A program made the position numbers and the translations under genes. Below, one piece after another: positions 38,230 through 47,238 of a stretch of 64,000 nucleotides of DNA; the stretch's first letter is position 1; each line of letters opens with the position of its first letter. Origin of the DNA: Spirochaetia bacterium (GTDB lineage: Bacteria > Spirochaetota > Spirochaetia > DSM-27196 > Salinispiraceae); contig JBBRCZ010000012.1 in NCBI GenBank assembly GCA_038204425.1, positions 35,447 through 99,446 on the forward strand. The letters run 5' to 3'. The notes under the pieces were generated by a model. It was not told the DNA's origin. It searched no databases and was given only the letters and a program-made list of their open reading frames with translations.

Positions 38230-39540
38230 TCAATGAAAGATCAAAGAAATTATTGCAAAGACATCTATGACCCAGAGCGCTGGATGAACCTCTTTTGCCT
38301 TTCCACGCAGTAATTTGACTAAGCTGAATGACAAAAATCCCCACGTAATGCCCATGTTGATACTGTAGGTCATTGGTATTAAAAATAGGGCCAAGAATGC
38401 AGGAAGAGCTTCTTCAAAGTCGTTCCACTTGATTTTTAGAAGTGGCTGCAGCATAAAGATACCAATGATCAGCAAGATCGGCGCAGTGGCCACAGCCGGA
38501 ATATAACCAAGCAGTGGGTGAATAAACATAAATGGCAAAAAGAGCAAACCAGTAACAACGGCCGTCAGTCCAGTTCGACCTCCCTCCTCTACTCCGGCTG
38601 CGCTTTCTATGAAGGTTGTTGCACTTGAGGTGCCAAAGATGCCGGAAACGGTTGTAGCTACTGCATCAACAAACAAAGCGCGGCCCACATTGCGTGGCTG
38701 ACCGGTCTTTTCGTCCAAAAAACCACCAACTTCGGCGACGCCAACAAAGGTGGAGATAGAGTCGAACATATCCACAAAGACCAGACTAAAGATTGGCAGA
38801 ATCATAGCAACGCTCAAGGCACCCAAAACGTCCATCTTCAAAAAGAGCGAGAAATCTGGCCACCCAAAAACATCTTTTGGAATAGAAGCAAAGGCGGCAC
38901 CATCCTTTAGGTCCAAAACAAGATTGAGTACAATAGCAATTATTGAGGTGCCTATTATGCCGTAGACCAAAGCACCTTTTACCTTTTTCATTACCATCCA
39001 GCCTATAATAATAAAGGCAGCTATAAACAAAATAGTTTGGGCATTGAGGCCGCCAAAGGCTACCATTGTGGCCTGATTTGGCACGATAAAACCGACGCTT
39101 TTGAGGCCAATCAAAGCAAGAAAAAGCCCAATGCCGGATGCAACCGCATAGCGTAGAGAAGTTGGTATCGCCTTAACGATAATCTCACGCACTTTAAAGA
39201 TAGACAGTATCATAAAGACTATGCCTGACAGAAAAACAGCACCCAAGGCCGTTGGCCAAGGAACGCCACCTAAAACCAAGGTAAAGGTAAAAAAGGCATT
39301 GATGCCCATTCCTGGTGCCACACCGTAAGGCAAATTGGCAAACAATCCCATCAAAATAGAACTAATTGCAGACACGAGGATGGTAGCTGTCAAAACACCG
39401 GCAAAAGGCATGCCACCAATCGACAGGATACCTGGGTTAACCACGATGATGTAGGCCATGGTCAAAAAAGTAGCCAGCCCCGCCACTATCTCAGTGCGAA
39501 CGCTGGTTCCGTGAGCCTTCAAGCCAAAAAAATTTTCCAT
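38230..39540 (-). CDS. NCS2/AzgA-like purine permease
   Basis: TEIVAGLATFLTMAYIIVVNP, APGMGINAFF, FIESAAGVEEGGRTGL; ATG 39540 with GGGAG RBS. Confidence 0.93.
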   Translation of the reverse strand: MENFFGLKAHGTSVRTEIVAGLATFLTMAYIIVVNPGILSIGGMPFAGVLTATILVSAISSILMGLFANLPYGVAPGMGINAFFTFTLVLGGVPWPTALGAVFLSGIVFMILSIFKVREIIVKAIPTSLRYAVASGIGLFLALIGLKSVGFIVPNQATMVAFGGLNAQTILFIAAFIIIGWMVMKKVKGALVYGIIGTSIIAIVLNLVLDLKDGAAFASIPKDVFGWPDFSLFLKMDVLGALSVAMILPIFSLVFVDMFDSISTFVGVAEVGGFLDEKTGQPRNVGRALFVDAVATTVSGIFGTSSATTFIESAAGVEEGGRTGLTAVVTGLLFLPFMFIHPLLGYIPAVATAPILLIIGIFMLQPLLKIKWNDFEEALPAFLALFLIPMTYSINMGITWGFLSFSLVKLLRGKAKEVHPALWVIDVFAIISLIFH

Positions 39541-39683
39541 GCTTGACTCCCTAATAAATGTTAAATTGGATTCGCTCAACTGTAGTACAAGAGAAAAGCC
39601 AACTCAATGCCAAGAGACTGCGCGGATAAAAAAAAGTTGTTTAAAGAGACTATTGCACATGTCCCTTATGCAATAACATATCG

Positions 39684-39712
39684 TTGACAACTACTCAACA
39701 TTTGTTTAGTAT
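39684..39712 (+). promoter_or_regulatory. imuA promoter with overlapping palindromic operator (putative SOS box)
   Basis: TTGACA(39684-39689), 17 nt, TAGTAT(39707-39712), 6 nt, ATG; palindrome TACTCAACATTTGTTTAGTA (39692-39711; 8 of 10 pairs). Confidence 0.75.
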
Positions 39713-39718
39713 TTTTGC

Positions 39719-40357
39719 ATGAGTTCAGCACCCGTAGAAGGACTTGCGCTGGTACGCGCCCGAGACTTACATTCTCGTTTTTCTGCCTCACTTGGCACCT
39801 CACCTAGCAATGTCTGGAACTTTGAGAACCTATCAGGTCGCTTGGTAGAAGTTTCTCAACATAAACCTTCGGGCGCGTTTACTCTCGCTGCCAACCTAAT
39901 TAAGCATGCCCAAAAGCTTGGCCGTGGAGTTGCATGGGTGGCTGGTACTGATAGTATTTTCTATCCACCTGACTTTTCTCAATCCGGCGTCGACTTAAGC
40001 CGTTTACCTATAGTCTGGGCTTTGGGCAAGCTCAACAGCTTGATGAGCACCGAACTCTTGTTACGTTCTGGTGCCTTTGGACTTTTGTTGGTTGACCTCG
40101 GTTGGGACTGGCGTATCAACGATGCTTCTTTGGGTCGCTTAGGAAAACTGCTAGAAGTCTGGGGAAGTGCGATAGTTTTTTTGACGCGCAAAACCCCCGA
40201 ACAGGCCTCTATCGGTTCATTAATATCATTGCGGCTTGTACTCACGCGGTCAGGCGTGGGCCCTTTTACTATACTTGGCCGTATAACGAGAGACCGGCGC
40301 CACGGCGGCGAATCACAAGAAAAAAAGGTTTACCATGGACCGTGTGGCCTGTATTAA
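39719..40357 (+). CDS. imuA: ImuA (RecA-like accessory factor)
   Basis: GRLVEVS, degenerate Walker A, YPPDFSQSGVDLSRL, LLRSGAFGLLLVDL; first gene of the cassette. Confidence 0.85.
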   Translation: MSSAPVEGLALVRARDLHSRFSASLGTSPSNVWNFENLSGRLVEVSQHKPSGAFTLAANLIKHAQKLGRGVAWVAGTDSIFYPPDFSQSGVDLSRLPIVWALGKLNSLMSTELLLRSGAFGLLLVDLGWDWRINDASLGRLGKLLEVWGSAIVFLTRKTPEQASIGSLISLRLVLTRSGVGPFTILGRITRDRRHGGESQEKKVYHGPCGLY

Positions 40358-41828
40358 CCTAACGCTACTGCCCTTGCAGATTCTTATGCGCAAGCACCCC
40401 GACTGGAGTACCTGTCCAGTTGCACTAATTGCCGAAGAAAAACCTGCCAGCCCATTGCTCTGCACCAACCCACTCGCGGCAGAAAAAGGCGTACATAGTG
40501 GCATTCGCTATTCTGAAGCGTTGTCACTAGTGCCTGACCTGCGCGCTGGCAGTGTTTCTGATAAGGAGCAAGAGTCTTGTTTGGAAGAGATAAAAATTGT
40601 TCTAAATCGCTTTAGCCCCGACATCGAAGCCTGTAGTTTTGACAGCAATGCTATCTGGGTCAATGTTAAGGGCTTGCAAGGAATTTTTAAATCACCCTCG
40701 CGTTGGGTAGTCGCTGTTAGGGAAGCTCTTAACAAGCTTGGCTACCAAGCCACCATTGTCGTCGGTTTTACTCGATTTGGCAGTTACGGCCTATCACGCT
40801 CGCGCCCCAGCTCGCTGATTCTGCGTAGCATTAGTGAAGAGCAACAGGCGCTTTCTCACTGTCCTATCAGCAGCTTTCCTTTAGCCATACGTGCCAGCCG
40901 TCTTTTGACACGTTTGGGCATCAAAACGGTACGTGACTTTCAAAACCTGCCCATCGATGGCACGCTCAAACGCTTTGGCAAAGAAACCAAGGCAATTCTT
41001 GACGCTTTGCGTGCCGATCGAGGCTTGCCAATTCAAGCCATGACCTTTGCCAAGCCACTAGTCTATCATAAACGTCTTGACACAGCTCTTTCTAGCCATC
41101 ACTTGCTGATGGAAGAACTTATACTACTTTTAGACAATGCACTGACTCAACTAAGTTCTCGCGCTGGTCTAGTTAGCGAAGTTGAGATTACGCTTACAAG
41201 CGAGGATGGCAGCGTTCATTCAGAACAAGTCCGCCCAGCTCGGCCTAGCCAAAACAAAAAGGTGCTGCAGCGCTTGATCGACTTACGCTTGGCCAACATT
41301 GTCTACCACTCTGGCATAGAGATGCTCTCACTGTGGGTCAAAGAGGCGCCCTCACATAGCGAACAACACGACTTGTTTGGCCCAGCCCATTCGCAGGCCG
41401 ATGCTGCCGCTCAGGCTTTTGCTCTAATTAGAGCCCGCCTTGGCAACGATGCTGTGGTGCTCGCTCAGCTCTGCAAGAGCCACCAACCAGAAAAGGCCTT
41501 CGTATGGCAGACCACTGATCAGCTTCTCTCAGCCAAGGAAACAGAAGCCGCTAAGTCATCACAGGAATCGCAGCCACACGACTATCAGCCGGAGCAAGCC
41601 CAGGCCGTTAGACGACTTTTTTTGCACCCTCCTTTGCAAAATATACTCCTGACAAGCCAACGTCGCCTAGCCGGTCCTTTTCTTATATCAAAAAACTGGT
41701 GGGAACTTGGAGAACAGAGTCAGCCCTATGGAACCTTGCAGTACTGCTTTTTTTTAAGCGAAACAGGAGATGTCTCTTGGCTTCGTAGCGACGGATCCAG
41801 CACCCATGCGCTGGGTGTCGTAGATTAG
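40335..41828 (+). CDS. imuB: ImuB (catalytically inactive Y-family polymerase)
   Basis: Y-family N-terminus lacking catalytic acids, LGIKTV.D, clamp-binding QHDLF, IRARLG..AV, GPF....WW. Confidence 0.88.
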   Translation: MDRVACINLTLLPLQILMRKHPDWSTCPVALIAEEKPASPLLCTNPLAAEKGVHSGIRYSEALSLVPDLRAGSVSDKEQESCLEEIKIVLNRFSPDIEACSFDSNAIWVNVKGLQGIFKSPSRWVVAVREALNKLGYQATIVVGFTRFGSYGLSRSRPSSLILRSISEEQQALSHCPISSFPLAIRASRLLTRLGIKTVRDFQNLPIDGTLKRFGKETKAILDALRADRGLPIQAMTFAKPLVYHKRLDTALSSHHLLMEELILLLDNALTQLSSRAGLVSEVEITLTSEDGSVHSEQVRPARPSQNKKVLQRLIDLRLANIVYHSGIEMLSLWVKEAPSHSEQHDLFGPAHSQADAAAQAFALIRARLGNDAVVLAQLCKSHQPEKAFVWQTTDQLLSAKETEAAKSSQESQPHDYQPEQAQAVRRLFLHPPLQNILLTSQRRLAGPFLISKNWWELGEQSQPYGTLQYCFFLSETGDVSWLRSDGSSTHALGVVD

Positions 41829-41838
41829 GATAGCCACC

Positions 41839-44800
41839 ATGGTCAAACAAGCTGTCGAATACGTACCACTCTGGTGCAAGAGCAATTACTCTTTCTTGGC
41901 CGCCGCCAGCCATCCCAGTGAACTGGTCAAGCAAGCCAAAAAGCTTGCATTAAAAGCTATAGCGATTAGTGACCTAGACGGTGTTTACGGCATCGTTCGC
42001 GCTCATGTTGCGGCCAAAGAGGCCGGCATCAAGCTAATCATTGGATCACAAGTTAGCCTTGACGACGGAACGTTCTTACTTCTCTTGGTAAAAGACAAAA
42101 CAGGTTACAGCAATCTATGCTCACTACTTTCGCTAGGACACTTACGTGCCCCCAAAGCACAGTCAAAGGTCTCACTAGAGGAAGTTTGTTCTCATGCCCA
42201 GGGTTTGATAGTTCTTTGGTTTGAACAAGGACAGTGCTCCCAACAGACGCTCGCAAAACTAGCGAGCCTGCAGCAGAGCTTTGAGCCCGACCTCTATTTA
42301 GGTATAGCCAGACACAAACTGGCCAGCGACGTTAAAACGGAACGACTAAGCCGCGACTATGCTGCAAAACTTGGCATTAGCATGCTGGCAGCACCTGAAG
42401 TACTCTACCATCTCAGCGAGCGCCAACGCCTGCATGATGTGCTCACCTGTATCAAACACACCTGCACTCTAAATGATGCCGGCAAACGCTTGCGAGCAAA
42501 CAATAGCTATGCACTTTTGAGCGCCAACGAATGCGCTGAGCTCTACCGCGACGACCCAAAGCTGATAGAAACGAGCGTTCAGATTGCTCAGCAATGCCAG
42601 TTTTCACTAGACGAGATAGCCTACCGTTACCCAGACGAAACAGTACCAACCGGTTTTAACACGGCAACGTGGCTTCGCAAAGCAACTATCGACGGAGCCC
42701 ATGTCCGCTATGGCGAGACCATACCCGATGCCGTAATGCGTCAGATAGATCGCGAACTAAGCATAATTGAGCAGTTAAGTTATTGCGGCTACTTTTTAAC
42801 CATGTGGGAACTTGTCAATTTTTGCCGCCAAGAGAGTATTCTCTGCCAAGGACGTGGTTCTGCTGCCAACTCAGCAGTCTGTTTTTGCCTAGGCGTAACT
42901 GCCATTGACCCGGTTCAGATGGATCTGCTTTTTGAACGATTTTTGTCACTCGAACGCGCCGAACCTCCCGATATCGACTTGGATATTGAACACCATCGCC
43001 GTGAAGAAGTAATTCAGCATATGTACACGCGTTATGGCCGCGACCGCGCCGCTATGGTTGCCAATCTTGTTCGTTATAGGCGCAGGTCGGCTATCCGTGA
43101 AGTAGGCAAAGTCTTTGGCATATCGGAAGTTACCTTGGATCGCACTGCCAAGCTAATGCATCACTGGGAAGGTGACTACGCGGCTTTACTCAAAGAAGCA
43201 GGCTTTGATATGCAGTCCGCGGCCAACCAGCTGTTGCTTGAAATTGCACAGCAAATTACGGGCTTTCCTCGTCATCTATCAATCCATCCTGGTGGTTTTT
43301 TGCTCGGCAGCGAAGCCGTTTCTAGTATCGTCCCAATAGAAAATGCAAGTATGAGTGGCCGCACCGTTATTCAATGGGACAAAGAAGACATTGAGGCGCT
43401 CAAACTTTTTAAGGTCGACTTGCTCGGCCTAGGTGCACTTAGTCACCTTGACTACTGCTTTAAGTTGCTCAAGAAACACAACGGACTGGATTTGTCGATG
43501 GCAAACATTCCGATCGATGACCCGCAGACTTACGCTATGCTGCATCGAGCGGACAGTCTTGGCGTTTTTCAAATAGAAAGCCGAGCTCAAATGGCGATGT
43601 TGCCACGCCTTAAGCCGGTTCGCTACTATGATCTGGTGATTGAGATCAGCCTAGTCAGGCCTGGCCCGATTAGCGGTGGCATGGTTCATCCGTACCTTGC
43701 CAGAAGAGCAGGCAAAGAAGCGGTTGAATACCCGCACCCAAGTCTAGAGCCAGTACTCAGAAAGACGCTTGGCGTGCCTCTTTTTCAAGAACAAGTCATG
43801 AAGCTGGCGGTAGTGGCGGCCGATTATAGCCCCGGTGAGGCCGACCAACTGCGTCGTGATATGGCGGCCTGGAAATCTAGTGGCCGTATAGAAGAACATC
43901 GCGAAAAGCTAATTTCTCGCATGATTGCCAAGGGAATCCAAAAAGAGTTTGCTGAGCGTGTATTCGATCAGATTCGCGGATTTGGAGAATATGGTTTTCC
44001 GGAGTCGCACGCCGCAAGCTTTGCTTTAATTGCCTACGCAACAGCTTACCTAAAGTGTCATCACCCAGCTGTCTTTGCCTGCGGCTTGCTCAACGCGTGG
44101 CCGATGGGTTTTTATGCACCTTCAAGCATATTGGACGATGCTAAACGACACGGTGTGGGGCTTTTGGCGCTCTGCGTCAAAACAAGTGAATGGAACTGCA
44201 TCTTGGAGAACGCCAACGGCCAGTCGGTCGCGCAGCATGCCAATCAGTCGACTCTTTCGATTCGAGTTGGTTTTAAGTTTCTCAAGGGTTTTGGAAAGAA
44301 CGAATGGCAAAATATACTAAGTCAACGAAACCAACAAAACTTTTCTTCGCTGAGCGATTTTACCAGTCGTTGCCAACTGAGGCGTGACAGTTATCAACTG
44401 CTAGCACAATCAGGCGCTCTTGAGTGCTTTGGTGTAAGTCGTCGAACGTCGCTTTGGACAGTTTTGGCAGAAGGTGCTGCTGGCCTGAGCAGGCAAGCCC
44501 AGCTCAACGACTTGGACGAGTCGGCTTATCTTATTGACTACCAAGAAGCGAATCCCCTTCTCAAAGAACTCAAAAACTCCGAACTCATAATTTGGGACTT
44601 TGAAAGTACTGAGCAGAGTGTGCGGGGGCACGTTCTCGAGCCCTATCGCTCAAAACTCGCTGTCCAAGGATTTCCGGATGCCTCGGGCGTCTCTGCCGCT
44701 AAAAATGGTAGTCGCCTCTCTTACATTGGCTACGCCATCTGCCGACAGATGCCAGGTACTGCAGCAGGTGTGCTTTTTATAACACTGGAAGATGAAAGTG

Positions 44801-44997
44801 GCTTTGTTAACCTTGTTGTTTGGGAGCAGGTTTTTTTGCAATTTCGTACCATGATTCTCACTAACGCCATATTGGGAGTAACCGGCAAGCTTCAAAAAGA
44901 AGAGGGCGTTGTCCACCTCGTCGCCGAGGCATTCTGGGTTCCAGACTTTTTTGTAGAACTAGCCGAACTCAAGGGAAGCAGTCATGACTTTCACTAA
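41839..44997 (+). CDS. dnaE2: Error-prone DNA polymerase III alpha (DnaE2/ImuC)
   Basis: SNYSFL PHP start, CQGRGSAANS, PPDIDLD, GFPRHLSIHPGG, YGFPESHAASFA, C-terminal SHDFH (SRDF-type DnaE2 tail). Confidence 0.96.
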   Translation: MVKQAVEYVPLWCKSNYSFLAAASHPSELVKQAKKLALKAIAISDLDGVYGIVRAHVAAKEAGIKLIIGSQVSLDDGTFLLLLVKDKTGYSNLCSLLSLGHLRAPKAQSKVSLEEVCSHAQGLIVLWFEQGQCSQQTLAKLASLQQSFEPDLYLGIARHKLASDVKTERLSRDYAAKLGISMLAAPEVLYHLSERQRLHDVLTCIKHTCTLNDAGKRLRANNSYALLSANECAELYRDDPKLIETSVQIAQQCQFSLDEIAYRYPDETVPTGFNTATWLRKATIDGAHVRYGETIPDAVMRQIDRELSIIEQLSYCGYFLTMWELVNFCRQESILCQGRGSAANSAVCFCLGVTAIDPVQMDLLFERFLSLERAEPPDIDLDIEHHRREEVIQHMYTRYGRDRAAMVANLVRYRRRSAIREVGKVFGISEVTLDRTAKLMHHWEGDYAALLKEAGFDMQSAANQLLLEIAQQITGFPRHLSIHPGGFLLGSEAVSSIVPIENASMSGRTVIQWDKEDIEALKLFKVDLLGLGALSHLDYCFKLLKKHNGLDLSMANIPIDDPQTYAMLHRADSLGVFQIESRAQMAMLPRLKPVRYYDLVIEISLVRPGPISGGMVHPYLARRAGKEAVEYPHPSLEPVLRKTLGVPLFQEQVMKLAVVAADYSPGEADQLRRDMAAWKSSGRIEEHREKLISRMIAKGIQKEFAERVFDQIRGFGEYGFPESHAASFALIAYATAYLKCHHPAVFACGLLNAWPMGFYAPSSILDDAKRHGVGLLALCVKTSEWNCILENANGQSVAQHANQSTLSIRVGFKFLKGFGKNEWQNILSQRNQQNFSSLSDFTSRCQLRRDSYQLLAQSGALECFGVSRRTSLWTVLAEGAAGLSRQAQLNDLDESAYLIDYQEANPLLKELKNSELIIWDFESTEQSVRGHVLEPYRSKLAVQGFPDASGVSAAKNGSRLSYIGYAICRQMPGTAAGVLFITLEDESGFVNLVVWEQVFLQFRTMILTNAILGVTGKLQKEEGVVHLVAEAFWVPDFFVELAELKGSSHDFH

Positions 44998-45193
44998 ACC
45001 TAAAAAACCGAGGCTGTTCAAAATCCATTGCTCGCAAAACTTGGTATGAATAGCAACAAATCAATGTCAAGCGGTCGTTATTCTACTGGGCGTGACTCTA
45101 TAGCAAGCAAGGCACTAAAGGGCAAGATTATAAACAATTACGACTGGTGTACCCACTAAATCTTATGGAACACGGTCACGCTCCTTCCCTAGC

Positions 45194-45514
45194 TTGCCCA
45201 AAACGTGGATTCTTCTCGCCTTGATAGCTTTAGTAACCTTGCTCGGATTAAACTCTTACTCAATTGCTTTTGACTACCAAAGTCAACCTGCAACAATTGA
45301 ACTACCAAGTACAAGCGGTGTATATCTAAAGTCAATCCCATTAACAACTGAATCAAAATCAGGGACAACTCAGTCGGAATTTTTAAAGACTCAAATTAAT
45401 GCCCATGTTGATCGGCTCGTATTCGGCGCCGAGAACAGTACGCTCAACCCTCTGGGTTCCATATTTATTGACTACTATTTTACCGTCAAAGGCACCGTTA
45501 CGCTTTTTCCTTAG
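45194..45514 (+). CDS. Hypothetical secreted protein or gene remnant
   Basis: TTG start with no clear RBS; signal-like N-terminus; no recognisable family. Confidence 0.35.
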   Translation: MPKTWILLALIALVTLLGLNSYSIAFDYQSQPATIELPSTSGVYLKSIPLTTESKSGTTQSEFLKTQINAHVDRLVFGAENSTLNPLGSIFIDYYFTVKGTVTLFP

Positions 45515-45550
45515 CTAGCCAGTTTCCCTAAAATAGTAATTCTTAATCCG

Positions 45551-46429
45551 CTACTTTTGAGAGTCCAAAAACGCTATAAAGGTCTTAACACTACCCTTAA
45601 GACTTTTGACCGAGGCGGGCAAATCAACGACGGAGTCCGATACGTCAAAAAAGTCCCCGCCCTTGCTGGCATCAGTAAGCATAAATGCATCGGAACCGCG
45701 AACACCGGGGCCAAGAAAGGTGAACTCATCACCCCAGAAAGAGCATTCCCCAACACTTATACCTGCTTTTTTAATGATGTTGCCCATAAACCAGTTAACA
45801 TTGTTGCTTTTGGTACTAGTTCCCACTTCCAAAAACTTAGCGTCAGTAGTTGCTTGGATAGAGCCAAGGCCCATGCTTCGTCCGAGTTCTTCAGCGTAAG
45901 TTATCAAACCTTTTACGCCTGCATCATAACCATGACGCGCGAGGTTTTCATTGAGCATGTCCAACTCACCATCCTGCAAATAGAGCTTGCCGCCTCTATC
46001 AAGATTGACCAGCAAATCAATTTTACAATAATTGGGGCGCGTAAAGACGATGTCGGTTGGATAGTCATACTGCTCCAATAGATACTGGTGGATTTTAAAA
46101 CTGAGCTCGTGGATTTTTAGTTTGTCGCCAATGTTAGGAACTTCGTCATGAAGTACCGTCAAATTACCCTGCTCATCATAGCCATAGTTGAAGGCACCTC
46201 GGCCAAGGCCGAGGTAAAGATTTTTGCGAAGTTCTAATGGAACATGTTCGTGGATTTTGCCGTCTACGATTCTTTCATAGGTAGTGCCACTGATAACGAT
46301 AAGCTTGATGCCCTTTGCAAGTAACGCCAAAATTCGTGGTAAAACCTCATCTATAGGTGCAGTTCTGGTTACAACGGCGGTGCCATCCCAGTCAAAAAAA
46401 ATTGCTTTATATTGCTTGTAATTGTTCAT
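45551..46429 (-). CDS. HAD-superfamily hydrolase
   Basis: Motif I FFDWDGT, motif II ISGT, K in STKS, motif IV WGDEF..GSD. Confidence 0.85.
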   Translation of the reverse strand: MNNYKQYKAIFFDWDGTAVVTRTAPIDEVLPRILALLAKGIKLIVISGTTYERIVDGKIHEHVPLELRKNLYLGLGRGAFNYGYDEQGNLTVLHDEVPNIGDKLKIHELSFKIHQYLLEQYDYPTDIVFTRPNYCKIDLLVNLDRGGKLYLQDGELDMLNENLARHGYDAGVKGLITYAEELGRSMGLGSIQATTDAKFLEVGTSTKSNNVNWFMGNIIKKAGISVGECSFWGDEFTFLGPGVRGSDAFMLTDASKGGDFFDVSDSVVDLPASVKSLKGSVKTFIAFLDSQK

Positions 46430-46558
46430 AGGAGAGCAGGTTACAAGTTTTTGCTATACTGCGTCAAGGTACCATTTTTGACAAAATCGTCTTGACGCCA
46501 GAAATTTCAAACGACTTGTATTACAATTCACAAAGGCGCTGTTGCCAAGGAGTTTTTT

Positions 46559-47119
46559 ATGAAACGAATAAAGGTTTTTCTGCTTGTTTTGATTGTTTCG
46601 TTGATTGGGATTGAGGGCCTGACGGCGCAAGAAGAAGGCAGTTTTGGCATTTACGTTAATCCGTCAGTTTATGCCATAGCGGGTTCGGAAGACTATATCA
46701 GAGGAATTGCCTTTGCGCTCGATATCCGCGTGGATCTATTTGGTATTCTAACACCTGGTGTTCAGGCAATCATCGAGTACGATGGCTACTTCAACACAGC
46801 CTCGGTTCCACTACTGTTTACACTTGGTTGGGAAGACTTTTATGTGGCCGTTGGCCAAACCGTAAATCTTACCGATATATCCTTTAACAACCTGCCCTGG
46901 AAATACAGCGATTTTCCTAACACCTTTGGTCTCGGTGGACATTTTGAACTTCTTCCGTTTAGCGATAAAAGTGCGCTCAAACTTTCAACAGAATTTACGT
47001 ATACGCTGGGTGGTGCAGCATCAACTGTCGATTCTACAGTCGACCAATTCAATAATATTGTAGGAATTCTGGCCGGCATCAAGTGGTACGTTGGGTTGAC
47101 ACTACAACTTGGGCTATAG
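46559..47119 (+). CDS. Putative outer-membrane beta-barrel protein
   Basis: AAGGAG RBS, signal peptide, amphipathic strands ending WYVGLTLQLGL. Confidence 0.6.
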   Translation: MKRIKVFLLVLIVSLIGIEGLTAQEEGSFGIYVNPSVYAIAGSEDYIRGIAFALDIRVDLFGILTPGVQAIIEYDGYFNTASVPLLFTLGWEDFYVAVGQTVNLTDISFNNLPWKYSDFPNTFGLGGHFELLPFSDKSALKLSTEFTYTLGGAASTVDSTVDQFNNIVGILAGIKWYVGLTLQLGL

Positions 47120-47157
47120 GTTTGCTATACAAGCAAATCTGAATACCATGCTTGCAA

Positions 47158-47204
47158 ACAAGCCAGAAACCCGTCTTTGAGTTTCTGGCTTGTAGATTTT
47201 TTTA
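47158..47204. terminator. Terminator between convergent genes
   Basis: ACAAGCCAGAAAC/GTTTCTGGCTTGT 13-bp stem with a T-tract just downstream on the plus strand. Confidence 0.75.
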
Positions 47205-47238
47205 CCAAGCATGTTCTGACCGCGTTGGCACTAAACTT

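Noticed and set aside
39541..39683. Purine riboswitch upstream of the NCS2 permease
   Set aside because: No purine-aptamer core; a plausible TTGAGT-17-TACAGT promoter leaves a leader too short for one.
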